A DNA stretch of 60,779 nt from an uncultured Methanosarcinales archaeon (GTDB lineage: Archaea > Nanobdellota > Nanobdellia > Woesearchaeales > GW2011-AR9), in contig CAZRCV010000004.1 of assembly GCA_964598745.1 (NCBI GenBank), positions 1 through 60,779 on the forward strand. The letters are read 5' to 3'. The position numbers and the translations under genes were made by a program. Positions within the stretch are counted from its first letter, which is position 1. Every line of letters starts with the position of its first letter. Shown in pieces: positions 55,510 through 60,779 of the stretch. The notes beneath the pieces are model-generated. The model saw only the letters and a program-made list of their open reading frames with translations. It had not been told where the DNA came from and made no database searches.

Positions 55510-56150
55510 GTGATGCGGTAGAACTTTTCTCCAAACCATTTTTTAATTTTAAAGCCGTCAATAACAGCTCTAAATATTAGTAAAATAAAAGGATAAATAA
55601 GATGGAACTTTTGGCTTTTGAATAAAGACAGAGCTTTAAGTTTGGATGAAAAAGTATTACTAATGTCTGAGCATAATGAAGGATACTTGGTTCGGAAGGA
55701 TACGGGGTTCCATACAGAATAAATATACACTTCTGGCTTATAGCTTAGAGACTGAACTAATTCCATGGTTATGAGATTTACCGCGCTATGGTCTGGATGC
55801 GGATCTTCATGGCTATGGGTAAAGATCTTAGTTGGTTTTAATTGATTAAACATTTTAATTAACTTTAGTTTTAAGTTATTGGCTTGATATTCTTTCTTAA
55901 AATTAAATTCTTTTAAATCAAAAAAAGTAACCTGGCAGTGAAGCAACTGGCTGGCTTGGAGAGTTTCCTCCGCGCGCATTTTTTTAACTACTTCTTGTTT
56001 TAGCCAGGGATGCGAACTTTCGCCATAAGAAAAGACTACTACTGCTACGTTCTGTCCCTGCTGCGTGTAGTTGGCAATGGTGCCGCCTGCGCCGATTACA
56101 AAATCATCAGAATGAGCGCTAAATACTATGATAGTTTCTTTTTTAGGCAT
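55506..56150 (-). CDS. PIG-L/LmbE-family N-acetylglucosaminyl deacetylase
   Basis: IIVFSAHSDDFVIGAGGTIA and HEDPHPDH zinc-binding motifs. Confidence 0.8.
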   Translation of the reverse strand: MPKKETIIVFSAHSDDFVIGAGGTIANYTQQGQNVAVVVFSYGESSHPWLKQEVVKKMRAEETLQASQLLHCQVTFFDLKEFNFKKEYQANNLKLKLIKMFNQLKPTKIFTHSHEDPHPDHSAVNLITMELVQSLSYKPEVYIYSVWNPVSFRTKYPSLCSDISNTFSSKLKALSLFKSQKFHLIYPFILLIFRAVIDGFKIKKWFGEKFYRIT

Positions 56151-56214
56151 GGGTTAAAGAAATCTTTTAACTTTAAGTAATTTTTGTTAGTTTGCTTATT
56201 TCATTAAGCCAGGT

Positions 56215-56916
56215 TCACTCGCCTAGCCAACTTTTAATTATTTCTTCTTCCTGTTGGGAATATTTTTCTAAATAGTCGCTTACTGCCTGGGCATTATTTG
56301 GTAGCGTGGCCCTACTTTCCCAACGCGGCTCGCCATTTAGGATATGGCTGATAGTAACAGCTAAATTTCCTTCATTTTGCAACGCCAGCGATAATCTAGT
56401 TTCTATTACTTCTCCACCGCTATTGGCATCGATGTAAGTGCCGCCTAGATCTGCATAATAACTTTTGCGGTTGGCGCTTAAGATTCCATCACCCAAGCCC
56501 AATACTTTGTTTGGATCAAAAGAGATAGTTTGCTGAGCTGTTTTATCCCTGGCATTTAATAATTCCAGTATCTTTTCAAGATCTCCAACTATCCGATCAT
56601 ATTTAGCGTTGCCCCACTGTTTATTATAATCATTATAGGAATTTCTGCCTCCATTAATAACTTCATTGTAAGTAGCTTGCGCTACAGCCGTAAAATCGCG
56701 CGGAGCAGTTTCCTGGCGTAGTTTACCTTTAGAGCTAAGCCAGTTAAAAGTGTGTTTATCTCGCTCTAAAGTTATAGTTTCTTTTTCTTTAGTAGAAGAA
56801 CTATCATATCTAATCTGGGTAGTGGCATTAAGAGTTTCTATTTCTATTTCACTTTCTCCTAGATCACGGCCATACAAAATTGTTCCTTCAGGAATTACTA
56901 CTTTATCTAAAGGCAT
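56215..56916 (-). CDS. Hypothetical protein
   Basis: 233-aa ORF with no recognised motif. Confidence 0.45.
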   Translation of the reverse strand: MPLDKVVIPEGTILYGRDLGESEIEIETLNATTQIRYDSSSTKEKETITLERDKHTFNWLSSKGKLRQETAPRDFTAVAQATYNEVINGGRNSYNDYNKQWGNAKYDRIVGDLEKILELLNARDKTAQQTISFDPNKVLGLGDGILSANRKSYYADLGGTYIDANSGGEVIETRLSLALQNEGNLAVTISHILNGEPRWESRATLPNNAQAVSDYLEKYSQQEEEIIKSWLGE

Positions 56917-56985
56917 AGTTTGGTTATAGGCTAAGCTACTATAAATTTATTTAGTAAATACTTTATTATTGCGCTTACTAATGGT

Positions 56986-57399
56986 TTAATGCACAACAGC
57001 CTGCAGCTTTTCTCTTAACTCATAAAGCCTGACTTCTTCGCTAAAATACTCCTGTTCAATTTTTGTTTTTATTCCTTTAACATAGTTTAAAGCTTTATTC
57101 TTGCAATCTCTTCCAGCGAATTCTCTCTGGCAAAAAAAACTTATATCATTTCTTTCAAACCCTCTTCCAAGTTTACGATTTTCTTTATCTAATACGAGAG
57201 CTTCTACCGTTATAGATTCATCATGTAATCTTTCTTCAAAAGAAATCTCACCCCTGTACCTATCGTTAGAAGTGACATAACCTAAATAAGAACAGCCACG
57301 CCATTTTGGATCAATGCCTGGGTCTTTTACTTCTTGTTTGTCACTGTCGTCTCTAAAGTAATCTCTTTCCCAGATCCCATCCGTGAAGATAGTATGCAT
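56986..57399 (-). CDS. Hypothetical protein
   Basis: 137-aa ORF with no recognised motif. Confidence 0.45.
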   Translation of the reverse strand: MHTIFTDGIWERDYFRDDSDKQEVKDPGIDPKWRGCSYLGYVTSNDRYRGEISFEERLHDESITVEALVLDKENRKLGRGFERNDISFFCQREFAGRDCKNKALNYVKGIKTKIEQEYFSEEVRLYELREKLQAVVH

Positions 57400-57559
57400 A
57401 GAGCAATCAAGTTACTGGTTAATTATAGTTAATAACTGTTGTTTTTTATATATCTTATTGTTGTAAATAGGATATTTTACAACTATCTAAATTTAGGCTT
57501 AAAATACCATAATACTTTCTCCGATTATTTTTTATATAACTACAGCTTCCTAGGCTCCA

Positions 57560-59755
57560 ATGAAGATAATTACTATTCATAGCAATTTTATTGAATTTGA
57601 AGCTAAAAAGAAGGCTTTTCAAGGAGCGGAAGAGAATATCCCTTCAGGCCGCCAGCGAGTTGAAGAGTGCTTGGTTGTCCTTACGGCAGTCGAGAAAAGA
57701 GATGAATCTAGTTTACCTGCCATTGCGGCAAAGCTGGTTCAGGAAATTAAAAATATTTCTCAGCAGTTGGATGTTCAACGCATAGTGCTGTACCCCTATG
57801 CTCATTTAAGTTCTAGCCTAGCCGAGCCATCTTTTGCTGAGAAAGTGCTTAAGGAAGCCGAACAGTTGCTAAAAGTTAAATTTGTTGTTTACCGGGCTCC
57901 GTTTGGCTGGTATAAATCCTTTACTTTGTCTTGCAAAGGCCATCCATTATCTGAGTTAAGCCGTGAATTTAGCGCTGAAAAATCTGAAACAGCTGTTGGC
58001 AACTTGAACCGTGAGTTTAAGGATGAGCCTTTTGCTTATAGTTCTAGTTTGTTAACCAAGGAACAAAAACTTAGTTTTACGGCCGGTTTAATCTTAGCCA
58101 AGGCCGTTAAGGATTTATTTAAAACAGCTCAAGTAGGGGAAATTAATTTTTATCATGAACAGGTTTATGTTGATTTTTCTAGTGTTAAACTGCGAACCGA
58201 TGACCTGGAACGAATCGGCCGGCAGGCGCAAAAAATAATTAATGCTGCAGTTAAAATTCAGCCCGGGATTCGTGACGATCTTAAAGAGGAATGGCAGCGC
58301 AAAATTTTGAGTGACATTGGCCAAGACAAGCCTGTTTACAAACTGGAAGATCTAGCTGTTGTTCCATTGCATAAAGAACCATTTTTATATTCTACAACTG
58401 AAGTTAAGGCTTTTAAAATCATCAACTTGAGCAGCGCTTATTGGAAGGGCAATCAAAATAATGCGCAATTAGCTCGGGTATCGATTATTGGCTTTGCTTC
58501 TGAGCAAAAACTACAGCAGTTTGTGGCTGCGCTGGAAGCCGCAGAACAACGTTCCCATGTAGTTATTGGCAGGAAACAGCAGCTGTTTGTAAATTCTGAT
58601 TTAGTGGGGGCTGGGTTGCCATTATTGACTTCGAAAGGCATGACTATCCGCCAAGAAATTATTGATTTTCTTTGGGATTTGCATAAGCAAAAAGGCTACC
58701 ACTGGGTTTGGACGCCGCACATAGCTAAAGATATGTTATACAAAACCAGCGGCCATTGGGATAAATTTGGCGATGAGTTATTTCAAGTCAAAGGTAAAAC
58801 TGAAAATTTTGTCATGAAGCCGATGAATTGCCCGCACCATATGCAGATTTTTGATAGTTATTCGCTAAGTTACCGTGATATGCCTATGCGCTTGTTTGAG
58901 CCAGCTACTATTTATCGTGATGAAAAATCAGGCCAATTGCACGGCTTAAGCCGAGTAAGGTCTATCACTCAGGATGACGGCCATTTATTTTGCCGTGTTT
59001 CGCAAATTAAAGCCGAAGTGGCTTCTATTGTCAAGATTATTAGAACATTTTATCATGTTTTGGGCATGGAAGATTATTGGGTTTCTCTTTCTGTGCGCGG
59101 CGAGGATAAAAGCAAGTACTTAGGAACAGATGAAGTATGGAAAACGGCTGAACAAGCTCTGTTGGAAGCGGCTGAGGAAAATAAACTTCCCTTCAAGCGT
59201 GTTCCAGGAGAAGCAGCATTTTATGGTCCGAAACTGGATTTTATGTTTAAGGATTCGCTTAGCCGGGAGTGGCAGCTATCCACTATTCAATGCGATTTCA
59301 ACCTGCCGGAACGGTTTGATTTATCTTTCATGAATGAGCAAAGCCTCAAGGAGCGGCCAGTAGTTATCCATCGGGCGATTTGCGGCTCACTGGAACGTTT
59401 TATGAGCATCCTGATTGAACATTTTGCTGGAGCTTTTCCTCTCTGGCTGAGTCCAGAACAAGTGCGGATAGTTACGATTACTGATCGCAGCACAGCCTTT
59501 GCAGAAAAAATTATGTTGAAATTAACAGCCCACGGCATTCGCGCTTTTTTAGATGCTCAAGCGGAAACTATGGGGCGAAAGGTTCGTGAAGCTCAACTAG
59601 CTAAAGTCAATTATATTGTAACTATTGGCGACAAGGAAGTGGAATCACAAACAGTGGCTGTTAGAGAACGCAGCGGCGAGAACAAACTGGGGGTTGATCC
59701 AGACGAGTTTACGGCAGAGCTAGTTGATAGGATTGCCAATAGAAGTTTGGATTAG
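57560..59755 (+). CDS. thrS: Threonyl-tRNA synthetase with archaeal N-terminal editing domain plus degenerate bacterial N2-like domain
   Basis: Residues 1-140 match the archaeal DTD-like editing domain (IHSNFIEFEAK...YPYAHLSS...CKGHPLSELSR). Residues about 165-325 align to the bacterial N2 domain (FKIINLSSAYWKGNQNNAQLARV). Class II core and anticodon domain follow. Confidence 0.9.
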   Translation: MKIITIHSNFIEFEAKKKAFQGAEENIPSGRQRVEECLVVLTAVEKRDESSLPAIAAKLVQEIKNISQQLDVQRIVLYPYAHLSSSLAEPSFAEKVLKEAEQLLKVKFVVYRAPFGWYKSFTLSCKGHPLSELSREFSAEKSETAVGNLNREFKDEPFAYSSSLLTKEQKLSFTAGLILAKAVKDLFKTAQVGEINFYHEQVYVDFSSVKLRTDDLERIGRQAQKIINAAVKIQPGIRDDLKEEWQRKILSDIGQDKPVYKLEDLAVVPLHKEPFLYSTTEVKAFKIINLSSAYWKGNQNNAQLARVSIIGFASEQKLQQFVAALEAAEQRSHVVIGRKQQLFVNSDLVGAGLPLLTSKGMTIRQEIIDFLWDLHKQKGYHWVWTPHIAKDMLYKTSGHWDKFGDELFQVKGKTENFVMKPMNCPHHMQIFDSYSLSYRDMPMRLFEPATIYRDEKSGQLHGLSRVRSITQDDGHLFCRVSQIKAEVASIVKIIRTFYHVLGMEDYWVSLSVRGEDKSKYLGTDEVWKTAEQALLEAAEENKLPFKRVPGEAAFYGPKLDFMFKDSLSREWQLSTIQCDFNLPERFDLSFMNEQSLKERPVVIHRAICGSLERFMSILIEHFAGAFPLWLSPEQVRIVTITDRSTAFAEKIMLKLTAHGIRAFLDAQAETMGRKVREAQLAKVNYIVTIGDKEVESQTVAVRERSGENKLGVDPDEFTAELVDRIANRSLD

Positions 59756-59784
59756 CCAAGCTAGTTTCAATAGTTTTATTATAC

Positions 59785-60420
59785 ATGGCTTACAAATTAA
59801 TTTGCTTTGATCTGGATGGAGTTATTTTTAAAGATATAAATTTCTGGTTAGAACTGCATAAGAAATTCGGAACTTATAAACAAGGGTTAGAACTGACTGA
59901 AAAGTATCTTCATACCAATTATGATAAGCTGGTACAGGAAGTGGTAGTTAAATTATGGAAAGGCAAGAATGCTAAACCTTATTATGACTTAGTTAACTCT
60001 TTGCAATATTTGCCAGGTGTTAAGCTAACTTTCCAACATCTCAAAAACAAAGGATATATGACAGCGATTATTAGCGCTTCAAGCATTGAAGCAGCCAGAA
60101 GAGCGCAGAAGGATTACCTGGTTGATCGCATTTTTGCTAATGAACTAGTAATTAAGGAGGGAAAAGTTTCCGGTGAATTTTTCTGGCCGGTTGGCGCGGG
60201 GAGGGATAAAAAAGCGCAGCTTATCAAAAATTTGTGTTTTGATCTAGAAATTTCTAGCAAAGAAGTTATTTACATCGGGGATAGTGATACAGACTTAGAA
60301 GCTTTTAAGGAAGTTGGTATCTCGATTGCTTTTAATTGTTCTTCCGGCAAGCTTAAGGCAGCAACGACTTATGTAGTTGAGTCTAATAATTTATCTGAAG
60401 TAATAAAATATATTCCTTAA
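59785..60420 (+). CDS. HAD-superfamily phosphatase (SerB-like)
   Basis: Motif I CFDLDGVIF, motif II ISASS and motif III GDSDTDLEAF. Confidence 0.7.
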   Translation: MAYKLICFDLDGVIFKDINFWLELHKKFGTYKQGLELTEKYLHTNYDKLVQEVVVKLWKGKNAKPYYDLVNSLQYLPGVKLTFQHLKNKGYMTAIISASSIEAARRAQKDYLVDRIFANELVIKEGKVSGEFFWPVGAGRDKKAQLIKNLCFDLEISSKEVIYIGDSDTDLEAFKEVGISIAFNCSSGKLKAATTYVVESNNLSEVIKYIP

Positions 60421-60779
60421 ACCAAATAAATTCCTTCTAGAGTTCTGTCGATCATTCCCTGGCAGTTATCCATTTTATTTAACAAAGCATGATCAGTAGT
60501 GGCTTTGCGGATCTGGCCAATGCGATCATTGATTTGCGCGAACAAGCGAATTAGATCTCCTTCCAATAAATTAGTCAAATCTAAGAAATCAAAAAATTTT
60601 TTTCCTTGAGACAGAGGATAAATCAAAGTAGTTAATAAGTCCAAGTTCTCAAACTTTTTTTCACGGCGCAAGGTTTCACTTTGCCGCAGCCAATGTTTTA
60701 ATTGGGCTAATTCGTGGTTGGCATAAGTTTGTTTAAATTCATCAATTTCTCTATCTAGCCCAGTTACTTTCTTCTTGGC
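60417..60779 (-). CDS. C-terminal part of a Ski2-like (HelY/Mtr4-type) helicase, DSHCT domain; N-terminus beyond the window end
   Basis: The frame stays open to base 60779 (AKKKVTGLDREIDEFKQTYANHELAQLKHW...). The tail FLDLTNLLEGDLIRLFAQINDRIGQIRKA...IDRTLEGIYLV matches the DSHCT pattern. The track 'M' is an internal TTG. Confidence 0.6.
   Translation of the reverse strand, partial: AKKKVTGLDREIDEFKQTYANHELAQLKHWLRQSETLRREKKFENLDLLTTLIYPLSQGKKFFDFLDLTNLLEGDLIRLFAQINDRIGQIRKATTDHALLNKMDNCQGMIDRTLEGIYLV

Noticed and set aside
1-60779. Search for CRISPR arrays, rRNA genes, IS elements/transposases, integrases, reverse transcriptases and inteins
   Set aside because: No regularly spaced direct repeats, no rRNA-like conserved stretches, no transposase or integrase motifs, and no oversized insertions in conserved proteins were seen. 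Absence is by eye only.

Overview
AT-rich, gene-dense chromosomal segment with roughly 80 protein-coding genes, short spacers and many 4-nt ATGA overlaps. The information-processing genes are archaeal: the S13-S4-S11-RpoD-L18e-L13-S9-RpoN operon, eL37, an Sm protein, aIF2-gamma, TFS, prefoldin alpha, FtsY, a GINS-like protein, a ThrRS with the archaeal N-terminal editing domain, and TATA boxes about 25 nt upstream of start codons. Many modules are bacterial-type: grpE-dnaK-dnaJ, gatCAB with a long bacterial-type aspS, thyA-folA-tmk, znuABC-zur, RNase D and YgiQ. This mosaic suggests a small-genome DPANN-like archaeon, which is inference only. I saw no rRNA, CRISPR array, transposase or integrase. 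The most unusual signal is in the RNA genes. All three tRNA genes found by hand are split by multiple introns, 8 in total. They are tRNA-Asn(GUU), 119 nt with 3 introns; tRNA-Arg(CCU), 189 nt with 3 introns; and tRNA-Leu(UAG), 161 nt with 2 introns. Several introns sit at non-canonical positions (30/31 twice, 43/44, D-loop, 59/60), most in recognisable bulge-helix-bulge motifs. One 63-nt intron carries C/D-box-like K-turn elements. tRNA-Asn lies between gatCAB and aspS, so the indirect Asn-tRNA pathway is clustered. Other points are listed under findings: an outer-membrane-like beta-barrel gene in a compositionally deviant islet, a chimeric ThrRS, two tandem-Lrp paralogs, a perfect Fur-box palindrome, a wHTH-NTase/HEPN pair, a Bro-N plus stand-alone HRDC pair, and structured ORF-free spacers. 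Product names rest on motifs I recognise by eye, with no database search. Hand-derived coordinates (tRNAs, eL37, motifs) may be off by 1-2 nt.
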